This document shows positions 1 through 8,741 of a DNA stretch of 24,337 nt, piece by piece. The position numbers were made by a program, and so were the translations under genes. Under the pieces are notes generated by a model. It did no database searches, was not told where the DNA came from, and saw only the letters and a program-made list of their open reading frames with translations. The DNA is from a virus (Duplodnaviria > Caudoviricetes): the IMG/VR virus record IMGVR_UViG_3300044580_000186, positions 1 through 24,337 of that record. One strand, written 5' to 3'. Position 1 is the first letter of the stretch. The number at the start of each line of letters is the position of its first letter.

Positions 1-14
1 CGCTCTTCCGATCT
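1..14 (+). other. Illumina adapter remnant (technical artefact)
   Basis: CGCTCTTCCGATCT is the 3' end of the TruSeq/universal read-1 adapter and starts at base 1. Confidence 0.85.
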
Positions 15-15
15 T

Positions 16-114
16 CTCGAGCCAGGGTCTTGGACTTACCAACACGCGTATGTAGCGGTTAATGACTGTGCGCAGCAACTAGGTTCTCTTATTGAAGTAT
101 TTGATTCTCTCTAA
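16..114 (+). CDS. 3' end of a truncated upstream gene (…LEPGSWTYQHAYVAVNDCAQQLGSLIEVFDSL*)
   Basis: Open frame from the window edge to TAA at 112-114; no start visible. Confidence 0.5.
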   Translation, partial: LEPGSWTYQHAYVAVNDCAQQLGSLIEVFDSL

Positions 115-140
115 TTCATCCACAGTGTTGTACAATGTAA

Positions 141-1925
141 GTGATGGATGGTGTTGTCGCAATCATTCAGAAAGAGAAGTCTGAACTCGGATACTCTCCA
201 ACACTAGAAAGATTGTGGGAAATTGATTACGAGAGAAAACCTGTTTCTATTCGTGAGTTTGTAGAGTCTGATGAATATCTTGGTCAATCAACGAAGGATC
301 TCCAGGAAGTTTGGAAGAAGGAGCTCGATGAGATCTTTGCTCCTTCTAGTACTATAACAACTCTCATTTTCACAGGTGCAATTGGTACAGGCAAAACGAC
401 TGTTGCAACAATCTGCCTTGCATACAAGATTTATCAACTTTCGTGTCTGAGAGATCCTGCAGAATTCTACGGACTTCTCCCTGGGTCGAAGATTGTTTTT
501 GGTTGCTTCAATATCACACTCACGAAGGCCGATGTCGGATACGATCTCCTGAAGAACTACGTTGATATCTCTCCTTACTTCTCGAAATACTGTCCGAGAT
601 GTAAGCGCCCCGATGAACCAATCTGGTTCCCTTCGAAGAGAATTCGCTACGACATAGGTTCTCTTGCATCTCATGCTCTCGGTGAAAATCTTCTCGGGTT
701 CATGATCGATGAGGCAAACTTCTTCAAGAGGAATCCTGACGATTCACAGAAGACGAGGGCGCATCAACTTTACACAGAAGCTCAAACACGTCTCATTTCT
801 CGATACATGCGCTATGGAGTTGTTCCTGGCCTCGTGATTGTAATCTCTTCAAGGAAGACTCAGACATCGTTTCTCGAAGAGAAGATGAAAAAACTAGAGT
901 CTGATCCTGATCTCAGGAAGACTACGAAAGTTGTTTCGTTCTCTCTGTGGGAAACTAAACCTAAGGAGATTTTCTCTGGAAAGAAGTTTCAGGTAGCTGT
1001 CGGAGATGAGATTAGATCTTCGAGGATCCTAGAAGAAGATGAGATTGTGACTGATCAGAAGGTGATAGAGGTTCCTATCGAGTATAGAGCTGCTTTCTCT
1101 GAAGATATCGAAGGAGCTCTGATGAACATAGCAGGAGTGAGTGTTACAGGAGCTCATTCTTTCTTTCAGAGTAGAAGCAGTGTCTATGCTTGCGTTGATC
1201 CAAAGAGAAGGCATCCGTTCGATTGTGAAGAGATTACAGATGTCGTATTCAATCCAAGAGTCGTAGGGCACAACAAGGAGAAAGAGAAGAAGATACTCGA
1301 TCATCTCTCGATTAAGAATCTCTGTATTGTTCAAGGATCGAAATGGACACTTAGAGACTCTCCTGGTAGTTTGAGATACGTTCACATTGATCAAGCGATT
1401 ACGAACGAAGCATGCGGGATGAGTATGGGTAGGCTCGATATCGATGAGAAAGGAGATTATAGGATCGTATACGACTTCATTCTCAGGTTGAAGGCACCTC
1501 TTGGGTTTGAAGTAGATCTCGAGCAGATTTCTCAGTTCATTCTTGATTTGAAGGGTATGGGTGTGTGTTTTGGAGCTGTTACTTTTGATAGATATGAGTC
1601 TCGAACGGCGATTCAGAGGTTGATGAAGGCAGGAGTAAAATCACATCTTCTTAGCATTACTCTAGAGCACTACAAGATCTTTAGAAAACTCCTCTCTGAG
1701 CAGAGAGTTCTGTACTATCACTACGAGCCTCTGATTAGAGAGATTCTTGAGATTCGACGAGACGAAGATTCAGATAAGCGACCACATCATCCAACTGGTG
1801 GTTTCGATGATGTGATTGATTCGGTAGTTGGTGTGTGTGCTCACTGTTCAGGTGCAGTGAAAGGCTCTTCGAAGGTGATTGATCTCTATCCAAAGGTGAG
1901 TCGAGGGCCGATTTTGATAGGATAG
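141..1925 (+). CDS. terL: Terminase large subunit
   Basis: Walker A GAIGTGKTT, Walker B FMIDEANF, coupling motif ISS, RNase H-like nuclease acidic motifs VHIDQA, TFDRY and DDVIDS. Directly upstream of the portal. Confidence 0.93.
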   Translation: MMDGVVAIIQKEKSELGYSPTLERLWEIDYERKPVSIREFVESDEYLGQSTKDLQEVWKKELDEIFAPSSTITTLIFTGAIGTGKTTVATICLAYKIYQLSCLRDPAEFYGLLPGSKIVFGCFNITLTKADVGYDLLKNYVDISPYFSKYCPRCKRPDEPIWFPSKRIRYDIGSLASHALGENLLGFMIDEANFFKRNPDDSQKTRAHQLYTEAQTRLISRYMRYGVVPGLVIVISSRKTQTSFLEEKMKKLESDPDLRKTTKVVSFSLWETKPKEIFSGKKFQVAVGDEIRSSRILEEDEIVTDQKVIEVPIEYRAAFSEDIEGALMNIAGVSVTGAHSFFQSRSSVYACVDPKRRHPFDCEEITDVVFNPRVVGHNKEKEKKILDHLSIKNLCIVQGSKWTLRDSPGSLRYVHIDQAITNEACGMSMGRLDIDEKGDYRIVYDFILRLKAPLGFEVDLEQISQFILDLKGMGVCFGAVTFDRYESRTAIQRLMKAGVKSHLLSITLEHYKIFRKLLSEQRVLYYHYEPLIREILEIRRDEDSDKRPHHPTGGFDDVIDSVVGVCAHCSGAVKGSSKVIDLYPKVSRGPILIG

Positions 1926-1932
1926 GTGTTCT

Positions 1933-3558
1933 ATGGCATTCGATGTGAGAAGTGTTCCTCTTCTGAAGAGGATCTTTGGTTTTGGGCAGGGAAAGGCTTC
2001 GAGAGTTGTAGGTCCACAAGGACCTCCTAAGGATGCCTACGTTGAACTCTCTGGATTGATGAGTGAGGCTGCAAAGAAGAGTCTTGAGTTAGGGACTGAC
2101 CGCCACTCAATCTATAAAGATGTAGAGGAGATGGATCAGGATGATATCATCTCCTCGGCTCTTGATCTTCTCGCAGAAGATGCTACACAGGTTGATATCA
2201 ACACAGGAAAAACTCTTTGGGTTGAGTCGAAAAATCCAGAGATTCAGAGGATTGCTACTGATCTGCTTCGAGATCTCGAGACAGAAGATGAAATCTTTGC
2301 GATAACTCGAGAAGTTGCGAAGTATGGAGATTCGTTTTCAGCCCTTCTTCAAGAGAAGAAGGAAGACAACACTCCTGGAGGGATAGTGAAGCTCCAGTGG
2401 CGTGATCCTAAGATGATGTGGCGTCACGAAGATGATCTAGGAAGGCTGCTTGGATTTTCTTTTGGAGAAGTCGCCTGTGATGATAAGGAATCTCTTTCTC
2501 CTCCATGGGCATATGTTCACTTTCGGCTTCTAGGGAGAGATAGAGGGAGTAAGTACGGCACCTCTGTAATCTTTCCGGTTCGTCGTCTGTATCGAAAGCT
2601 GTCGATGATGGAGCAATCTCTTGCAATCTATCGAATGAAAAGGGCTCCCGATCGGTGGATTTTTAAGATTCGAGGACTTGATCAACTCTCTCCCGATGAG
2701 CGTCTTGAAACATTCAACCGAATTAAGCAGCAGTTTCGAAAGAAGATGCTCATCGATCCTGAGACAGGAACTGTTCGTTCCGATATCGACGTTTATAGTC
2801 TGGATGATGATTTGTTTCTTGATGAGGAAGCTATCTCCGTAGAGAAGATGGATGGATCTAGTAATGTTGGAGGAGTTCTCGACGTAGATTACTTTAGAAA
2901 GAGATTGTATGGAGGGCTGAAGATTCCCCCTGATTATCTTGGGTTCAGTGAGGCACGAGGAGGTTGGGCGGCACACTCACCTCTCTCATACCAAGACATT
3001 CAACTAGCTCGCCAGATTCGAAGAATTCAGAGAGCAGTGATTGTTGGATACATTCGAATTATTCAGATACATCTTGTCTGGTGTGGAATTGATCCTCTCT
3101 TAGAAAGGAACGAGTTCACTGTTCATATGTCTCCTGTGTCTTTCTTGGATGAGTTGCAAAGAGCTCAGTTGCTTCAAACTAAAGCGACTACACTAGCAAT
3201 CGTTCAAGACATAGGGAAATCTCTTGGAATTTCAAGTGACAAGTTGCTCGATTACATGATTAAGATTGCAGGGCTTCCTGCTTTTCTCGCTGTGGTCGCT
3301 CGAGAAGGAGAATCTTCGCCTGAACAGGATGCACTCTCTGGAAAAGTTGATATCATTGATTCCAAATCGGATCTTATTCGAAGTGAAATCTCTAAGGTTC
3401 TGAGGCCATTCACTGAAGATCAGATTAGAAATCTCGTTTATGAGTTTGTCTTTTCTCCAAGCATTCGAAGTCTGTCTTTGAAAAATCTTGGACCTTTGCC
3501 TCCGGTTGTTCAAGAGAGAAGGAGGAATTCCAACGGTGATGGATATAATGTAACGTGA
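1933..3558 (+). CDS. Portal protein, T4 gp20-like
   Basis: MEQSLAIYRMKRAPDRWIFKI and DVDYFRKRLYGGLKIP match gp20-family signatures (IYRxxRAPxRxxF; DxxYFxxKLYxxLxxP). 541 aa, RBS AGGTG. Confidence 0.92.
   Translation: MAFDVRSVPLLKRIFGFGQGKASRVVGPQGPPKDAYVELSGLMSEAAKKSLELGTDRHSIYKDVEEMDQDDIISSALDLLAEDATQVDINTGKTLWVESKNPEIQRIATDLLRDLETEDEIFAITREVAKYGDSFSALLQEKKEDNTPGGIVKLQWRDPKMMWRHEDDLGRLLGFSFGEVACDDKESLSPPWAYVHFRLLGRDRGSKYGTSVIFPVRRLYRKLSMMEQSLAIYRMKRAPDRWIFKIRGLDQLSPDERLETFNRIKQQFRKKMLIDPETGTVRSDIDVYSLDDDLFLDEEAISVEKMDGSSNVGGVLDVDYFRKRLYGGLKIPPDYLGFSEARGGWAAHSPLSYQDIQLARQIRRIQRAVIVGYIRIIQIHLVWCGIDPLLERNEFTVHMSPVSFLDELQRAQLLQTKATTLAIVQDIGKSLGISSDKLLDYMIKIAGLPAFLAVVAREGESSPEQDALSGKVDIIDSKSDLIRSEISKVLRPFTEDQIRNLVYEFVFSPSIRSLSLKNLGPLPPVVQERRRNSNGDGYNVT
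3538..3552 (+). promoter_or_regulatory. Recurring promoter-like motif (GATGGATATAATGTA)
   Basis: GATATAATGT core shared with five other copies, 18 nt before the next start codon. Confidence 0.6.
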
Positions 3559-3570
3559 GAGGGATTACTC

Positions 3571-3777
3571 ATGAAGAAATGGCGTGTTTTCTCGTTCCTT
3601 GGAGCTACAGTTGACCGCGAGGTTGAAGCAGATTCGGCTCAGGAAGCTATTGAAATTGTGAAATCTAGAGAGAATAAGGTGAGTCTTTGTCCTACTTGTT
3701 CTGACAAGCTCGAGTCTTTCGAGATCGTAGATTGCAAGGCTGTTCTCGTTGATGAAGGTGCTTCAGTTGGTTCTTGA
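3571..3777 (+). CDS. Hypothetical protein with CxxC
   Basis: RBS GAGG/AGGGA, ATG start, CPTC motif. Confidence 0.75.
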   Translation: MKKWRVFSFLGATVDREVEADSAQEAIEIVKSRENKVSLCPTCSDKLESFEIVDCKAVLVDEGASVGS

Positions 3778-4096
3778 ATTTGATTACGAGTGTGACGGTG
3801 CTTATGTTGTCATCGATCCAACAGATGTTGAGTTCTTTGTTGGGAGAAGTGCTCCTGAAGAATCATTCAGAAGTTTCTTTGAGAGAACGGTAGCACACGC
3901 GATGTCTGTTTCTGCTCCTGTAGATGTTCGGCTTTCGGATGCTGCACATCTTGCTTACGAGTTAGATTGTACTGTTGAGGAGATTAAGCGGATCGAGCAT
4001 GGAGCTCTGCAAACATGGTCTCGAGAATTTGTAGATCCGTCTCGCGGAACTAGAAATCGGATGCGACCTTTTCTGGGAGAGCAAGGAGTCGAATAA
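3749..4096 (+). CDS. Hypothetical protein
   Basis: Co-oriented, overlaps its neighbours; start may be ATG 3752. Confidence 0.7.
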   Translation: MMKVLQLVLEFDYECDGAYVVIDPTDVEFFVGRSAPEESFRSFFERTVAHAMSVSAPVDVRLSDAAHLAYELDCTVEEIKRIEHGALQTWSREFVDPSRGTRNRMRPFLGEQGVE

Positions 4097-4266
4097 TGTC
4101 AGAAGAATCTGTCAATCAGCCTACATGCGATCATACGTTTAAGAAGCTGGAGGAAACTCCTGAACGATGGATACTGTGTTGTTCTAAGTGCGGAAAGCTA
4201 GTGAATCAACCTCCTCCGAAGGAGATTGTTGAAGGATCTGAGTCCAAGAGACTTCTGATGGAGTGA
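4096..4266 (+). CDS. 56-aa putative zinc-binding protein, not in ORF track (MSEESVNQPTCDHTF…CCSKCGK…KRLLME)
   Basis: TAATG coupling to the previous stop, RBS AAGGAG, CxH…CxxC pattern. Confidence 0.75.
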   Translation: MSEESVNQPTCDHTFKKLEETPERWILCCSKCGKLVNQPPPKEIVEGSESKRLLME

Positions 4267-4270
4267 TTGT

Positions 4271-4618
4271 ATGTATACGAATGCTTTTGGCAGGGGAGAG
4301 TCTATCCCTGCCAGTGTTGAGTGTGATTCTCTAACCCCTTGTTTACTATCAACTGTTCGGATTATTCTGAAGAGAGTGCTTCCTGATGAAGAGATTCGAA
4401 GAGACGTTGCTGCGGAGTTGATTAGAGATGTGGAGTCCATTGTTTCGAGAAACGTGGCTGCTCTAAAACAAAATCCTCAGTTTTCATCTCTAGTTATAGG
4501 AGGAGCCTTCGATCGAATGGAGCAGCGAGCGAAGGAAGAGGTCTTAGGATATGCTCGATACGTTTTTTCTTTGTCTGACTCCGAAGAGAGTCCTCAGTTG
4601 AAGGTTTCTCAGGATTGA
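4271..4618 (+). CDS. Hypothetical protein
   Basis: RBS GGAG, fills the gap between neighbours. Confidence 0.7.
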   Translation: MYTNAFGRGESIPASVECDSLTPCLLSTVRIILKRVLPDEEIRRDVAAELIRDVESIVSRNVAALKQNPQFSSLVIGGAFDRMEQRAKEEVLGYARYVFSLSDSEESPQLKVSQD

Positions 4619-4621
4619 ACA

Positions 4622-4846
4622 GTGAATGCTCGAGTTGAAGTTAGTTCCGATGCAACAAGATTTCGGATTAGAGTTGGAGAGAACACTTCAGAGTGGTGTA
4701 CTTGGGGAAGAGATGTAATGGCTCACTTGAAGTGTTTAGAAGGCGAATTTATCTGTTTCTGTGATTCGTCTCAAGTTCATCCTCTACAGGTGTATAAGAT
4801 TTACTTTCACCCGACAGATGTTGTTGAAGGAGTTCCGTGTGGATGA
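4622..4846 (+). CDS. Hypothetical protein
   Basis: GTG start after AGGA; tight packing. Confidence 0.65.
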   Translation: MNARVEVSSDATRFRIRVGENTSEWCTWGRDVMAHLKCLEGEFICFCDSSQVHPLQVYKIYFHPTDVVEGVPCG

Positions 4847-5264
4847 GAATGTTCTAGTTAGAATTCGACCTGGAAAGTACTCGAGTCCTCTCGGAGATCT
4901 GGAAATCGAGGCACGAGAATCTGGGTGTATTGTTCAGTTTGCACCATCAAAGAAGAACATAGTATCATTCGTCTTTGGAAGAGATGGAACATTCTGTCAG
5001 TTTTTCGTATCTACTGTCGTCGAAGGTTCTAAGTCGATGGAGAGTTCATATCTTAGTCAGATCGTTTCAGTTTGTGAGCATATTCGTCCTGGCTATCGAG
5101 GAGATATCATCCGAATTGGATCAGAGGATGAGGTTACTCCAGTGTTTGCATGTAGCCAGTGTTCTAGGGTTGTTTCTACTTTGGAGTTGAGGGAAGGATC
5201 GAAGGTCAGAATATTCTCAAAGGATGTTTGGAACAAGTTGTTTCCAGATCACTCTGTCAGGTGA
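4839..5264 (+). CDS. Hypothetical protein with C-terminal CxH…CxxC
   Basis: Start reassigned to GTG 4839 (RBS GAAGGAG), in frame with track ORF 4761..5264. Confidence 0.7.
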   Translation: MDENVLVRIRPGKYSSPLGDLEIEARESGCIVQFAPSKKNIVSFVFGRDGTFCQFFVSTVVEGSKSMESSYLSQIVSVCEHIRPGYRGDIIRIGSEDEVTPVFACSQCSRVVSTLELREGSKVRIFSKDVWNKLFPDHSVR

Positions 5265-5268
5265 GTCG

Positions 5269-5505
5269 ATGACTAGGAGTGAATGGATACGTAGAAGAAG
5301 AGAAGTTCTTGAGTTCAAAAGTATCTTCGATCTGTGGGATGAGTACGAGAAGTACTTCGTAGTGCACTCGAGATACGATCCGATGGTTCGAAGGGAAGAT
5401 TTAATTGATTGGATCATCCAGGCAGAGATAAATGCCTGGAAGAGGAAAAGAGGGATTCCTACGAATCCGCTTCCTGATGAGAAAGTAGATTGGAGAGTGT
5501 CATGA
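5269..5505 (+). CDS. Hypothetical protein
   Basis: ATG 5269 after AGGTG, in frame with track ORF 5224..5505. Confidence 0.7.
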   Translation: MTRSEWIRRRREVLEFKSIFDLWDEYEKYFVVHSRYDPMVRREDLIDWIIQAEINAWKRKRGIPTNPLPDEKVDWRVS

Positions 5506-5735
5506 AGAGTAAGTGGATCAAACTCCTTTCAAGTCGTGTGTTTCAGATCTCGGTAGCTACTGTTGTGTGTGGGATCCTGAAGGAAGTCTACGAAATTGAG
5601 GTTTCTGTTGAGAATCTGGCGATGATTCTAGGAGGAATAGGTGCAATTATCATCTATCTCTTGTTCAAAGATCGAGCTGAGTCTCAAGAGAGAGTTGCAC
5701 AGATAGAATCAAACCAGGAGAATCATTCTTCTTAG
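5502..5735 (+). CDS. Small two-TM membrane protein, holin-like
   Basis: ATGA overlap, basic N-terminus (KLLSSRVF), two hydrophobic segments, charged C-terminal tail. Confidence 0.55.
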   Translation: MKSKWIKLLSSRVFQISVATVVCGILKEVYEIEVSVENLAMILGGIGAIIIYLLFKDRAESQERVAQIESNQENHSS

Positions 5736-5790
5736 GTTCTTGACAAGCATTGCCAACTCTATGTTGAGAGCGTGATGCGAGGAGTTTCAC

Positions 5791-6183
5791 GTGGTTGAGA
5801 TTGCTGTTCTGGCTTCTCGAACAAGAAGAACTCGAAAGAATACCGAGGTTGTTGAACGTATCGTAATCTGTATAGATAGTATGAATCTGATCATCGCTCA
5901 GGATTTGGGATGGGGACTTGTAGGAATATACTGGACCCAGAAGTTCAGTCATATGAAGAATCGGTTGCGAGAGTTGGGTGTTGATTTGAAGTCTGCTGCG
6001 GAGAAGATTGCAGAAGGGATGTCTAGAATCTTCGGTATCTCTGCTGGTGGTTCTAATACTTCCCTTGAGCAAATAGATTCTGTCTTTCGACCTTGGGTTC
6101 GGGTTCAGGATTCTTCTGGAACTCTTGAATTGTGGAAAACTTACTGCGAAAGAACAAATGGAAGTTCTGCTATCAAGATGTGA
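5791..6183 (+). CDS. Hypothetical protein
   Basis: GTG start after GAGGAG. Confidence 0.7.
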   Translation: MVEIAVLASRTRRTRKNTEVVERIVICIDSMNLIIAQDLGWGLVGIYWTQKFSHMKNRLRELGVDLKSAAEKIAEGMSRIFGISAGGSNTSLEQIDSVFRPWVRVQDSSGTLELWKTYCERTNGSSAIKM

Positions 6184-6200
6184 CAAAAGCTACTAAGGAT

Positions 6201-6216
6201 GAACAGATATAATGTA
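6201..6216 (+). promoter_or_regulatory. Recurring promoter-like motif (GAACAGATATAATGTA)
   Basis: Intergenic, AGATATAATGTA core. Confidence 0.65.
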
Positions 6217-6253
6217 CTGTAGAAGTTGTGGTACTGTGAGGTGACACTTTCCG

Positions 6254-6643
6254 ATGCCTCTGAGACGAGATTTAGTTCAGATTCATCCTAGTGATGTTGC
6301 ACTGATGCAGAAGGTTGAAGAGATAGCTGTGCGTACTGCTCAGCGGTTTGGTCTCTGTCTAACAAGAGTAGAACACAAGAGGCGGCCTCATCCAGGAGGA
6401 GCTTCTGGGTTGTGTTACTGCCAGAGAGGTGTAGTTGCGGTTGTTCTCAGATATCGGGAGGGGAAGGTTTGGTGGAAGAGAAGGTTATCTGATTGGGCTA
6501 TCTTTCGAACACTCGCTCACGAGCTTGCTCATCTCAAAGATAGCAGTCATAGTGAAGTGTTTGCTTCGTGGGATTTGAGAATATGGGAATGGATTCAGAA
6601 CGAATCCGGTTTGAATTTACATAGAGAGAGGTTCGGATACTGA
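6254..6643 (+). CDS. HExxH zincin metalloprotease-like protein (SprT/WLM/YgjP-like)
   Basis: TLAHELAHL…SHSEVF motif; RBS GAGGTG. Confidence 0.75.
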   Translation: MPLRRDLVQIHPSDVALMQKVEEIAVRTAQRFGLCLTRVEHKRRPHPGGASGLCYCQRGVVAVVLRYREGKVWWKRRLSDWAIFRTLAHELAHLKDSSHSEVFASWDLRIWEWIQNESGLNLHRERFGY

Positions 6644-6816
6644 TGACATTCAGACGGTTGAAGCAGAGATTGAATCGTTCTAACTTGATTGAGACTGAGT
6701 GGCGTCGACATCCGAACGAAGGCGGAAATGCTCAAGTGTATGGCGACACCAAAGTGAGTGGTCGTGCTGAAGTAAGAGGGTACTCTGTGGTCTCTGGTGA
6801 TTATGTTCTTAACTAA
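6643..6816 (+). pseudogene. 57-aa internally deleted paralog of the hexapeptide-repeat gene at 8742
   Basis: MTFRRLKQRLNRSNLIETEWRRHPNEGG aligns with MTFKKLKRVLDREGLVEADWHRHPNGGG, followed by only ~4 hexapeptide units. TGATG coupling to the upstream gene. Confidence 0.75.
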
Positions 6817-6854
6817 CTATCTCGACCCTGCTCTGTGCAGGTCTCCTTTCTACG

Positions 6855-6887
6855 AACGATCGGAGTTTTCTCCGATCGTTTTTTTTT
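6855..6887 (+). terminator. Intrinsic terminator
   Basis: Stem AACGATCGGAG/CTCCGATCGTT, TTTT loop, followed by a T run. Confidence 0.9.
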
Positions 6888-6920
6888 GTTTGGCAAAGAA
6901 AAGTGGTGTTAGTGTTGGTT

Positions 6921-6936
6921 GAGTAGATATAATGTA
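6921..6936 (+). promoter_or_regulatory. Recurring promoter-like motif (GAGTAGATATAATGTA)
   Basis: Just after a terminator and before RBS AAGGAG and ATG 6953. Confidence 0.75.
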
Positions 6937-6952
6937 TTGAAAGGAGAAATCA

Positions 6953-7291
6953 ATGATAATCACACAAAATGAAATGAACTTAATTTGTAAGTATCTGGAG
7001 AAGACCAACGCATCAGTCAGCCGGATCGAGAGGCAATCTGACGATGAGTTCGATCTCATTATCAGTGGTGAGAGGATTGAAAAAGGACTCAGAGAGCCTG
7101 TTAGATTCTCTGCATGGCTGCCTCTTGGAGCAATCAGAGACCTCACTCAATGGACAAGGAAAGAAATCGCCAACATGACAAGTTATCCGGAGATGGTTCT
7201 CGAAGGCGATTGGTCAGGAGTTCGAGACAGTTCCAAGGATCAGCTGTGGGCAATTTTCGAGAAATTCGTTCTTAAGAGAGGAGGTTTCTAA
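6953..7291 (+). CDS. Hypothetical protein
   Basis: Strong RBS AAGGAG. Confidence 0.8.
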   Translation: MIITQNEMNLICKYLEKTNASVSRIERQSDDEFDLIISGERIEKGLREPVRFSAWLPLGAIRDLTQWTRKEIANMTSYPEMVLEGDWSGVRDSSKDQLWAIFEKFVLKRGGF

Positions 7292-7497
7292 TGCACGTGT
7301 GTGATTCATGCGGAAAAACATACGAAGAGGCGTTGAAGTCAAAGGAGGTGATTTCTCAGAGAGGCTATTTCTGGCATTCTTCGTGTGCTAAGGTCTGCGG
7401 ATCAGAAGTACGGGGAGGTAGGCAGGTCTCAGTAGTGGCATTTCCTTCTGAGGGAATGTTCGTTCCTGAGACTATTCTTACGCCGTCGGAGGAGTGA
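7291..7497 (+). CDS. Small putative zinc-finger protein (CxxC…HxxC)
   Basis: TAATG coupling, RBS GGAGG. Confidence 0.75.
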   Translation: MHVCDSCGKTYEEALKSKEVISQRGYFWHSSCAKVCGSEVRGGRQVSVVAFPSEGMFVPETILTPSEE

Positions 7498-7748
7498 GTG
7501 TTGTGATTCAGGGAGAGTTCGATTTCACTACTGACTCTGTAGATTTTTCTACAGTACGGGTTGAGGAGAAGAGTAGAACGTATTATCGTGTATACGACAA
7601 CGAGCTTTTCATCGGATGTGTTCTCTCATATAAAGAGAAAGATGTGTATTGGGGATGTGTAACAGTTTCCAATCTCTGTTTTGGAAAGTATTCAAGCAAG
7701 GAGGAGGCGATTCAGGCTCTAGTGAAGTTCTCGAGGAGTAAGGGATAA
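7494..7748 (+). CDS. Hypothetical protein
   Basis: GTGA overlap with the previous stop. Confidence 0.7.
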   Translation: MSVVIQGEFDFTTDSVDFSTVRVEEKSRTYYRVYDNELFIGCVLSYKEKDVYWGCVTVSNLCFGKYSSKEEAIQALVKFSRSKG

Positions 7749-7919
7749 TCAGGTTTGTCTTCAGATGGTAGTACGAGAGTTGATTTCATCTTTTGTTTTT
7801 ATCAGTGAATACAGTGATCGTTTGATTATCGAGTGTTCCTTGTAACTTGGTTTGAGTATTGATGTTTTCTTTTTGTCTCATGATTGAGATGTGATGAAAG
7901 TTTCTTGAGATGGTGAGTC

Positions 7920-8150
7920 ATGAACGCCGTTGATGCTCTTAGACGCTGTTATGAAGAACCTGGAAGGCTTGTTTGTCGACCGGTTTCGTGGAGAGGTTCT
8001 GAGTGTGCAGTAGTGTGTGAGGAGGTGAGAAATCGAAAGGGGTTTACCCTTCTTCCAGTTTTAGGTAGGAGTGTTTCTCCTGCAATTACTCCTGCGATCT
8101 TCGAGGAGTGGGAAGTTCTTACATATGATGAGTTTTACTCAGGCACTTGA
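7920..8150 (+). CDS. Hypothetical protein
   Basis: ATG after GGTGA; ends in the phage-typical EEWEV motif region. Confidence 0.7.
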   Translation: MNAVDALRRCYEEPGRLVCRPVSWRGSECAVVCEEVRNRKGFTLLPVLGRSVSPAITPAIFEEWEVLTYDEFYSGT

Positions 8151-8187
8151 TGGAGACTCTTAGAAATCTCCAGAAGTGAGAGTTCTG

Positions 8188-8210
8188 CTCGAGTGAGTAG
8201 ATATAATGTA
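8188..8210 (+). promoter_or_regulatory. Recurring promoter-like motif (CTCGAGTGAGTAGATATAATGTA)
   Basis: 21 of 22 nt identical to the copy at 10461-10482. Confidence 0.75.
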
Positions 8211-8230
8211 GTGTAGAGAGGAGAGTTACG

Positions 8231-8692
8231 ATGGAGACAAGTGTTGATCTTTCTAGAGGTGAGATACGAACCATTGATGGGATTCCAATTCTGGCAGTGA
8301 GTTTGAAGTCTACTGGAGTGTCAACTGAGGATCGTGATTTCAACGGCCGTGTGAATAAGAAGGCTGTGAATCGAGTGTTGTATCACGGGATTACTCCTGG
8401 TGGAGCTCACGTGATGTTCGTTGGAGATTGTAGGGGAAAATCTCTTGAGAGTTTTCCGATCGATGAAGGTTTGATAGTTACTCTCGCCAAGATGGGAGAT
8501 CGTCGTCCTTCGTTCGAGTCTTGGGAGACTCCTGATCTAACACTCCGTCGAATGGCTACTCAGGGATTGATTCGATTTCAGGTGGCAGTCGACTTGCTAC
8601 TCAAGGAGTACGAGGGGAATGAGTCGGCTCTTGAGAGTCTGGACTATCTTGTCAAGCTTGCTGAGCTTGCTAAGGACCGATTGACTCAGTGA
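8231..8692 (+). CDS. Hypothetical protein
   Basis: RBS GAGGAG, downstream of the promoter motif. Confidence 0.8.
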   Translation: METSVDLSRGEIRTIDGIPILAVSLKSTGVSTEDRDFNGRVNKKAVNRVLYHGITPGGAHVMFVGDCRGKSLESFPIDEGLIVTLAKMGDRRPSFESWETPDLTLRRMATQGLIRFQVAVDLLLKEYEGNESALESLDYLVKLAELAKDRLTQ

Positions 8693-8741
8693 AGAGTTTC
8701 GAGAGGTTCTTCTTCTGCTGAATAGGTAGAAAGGATCTATC

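Noticed and set aside
5740-5765. TTGACA…TATGTT sigma70 promoter
   Set aside because: The spacer is only 14 bp.
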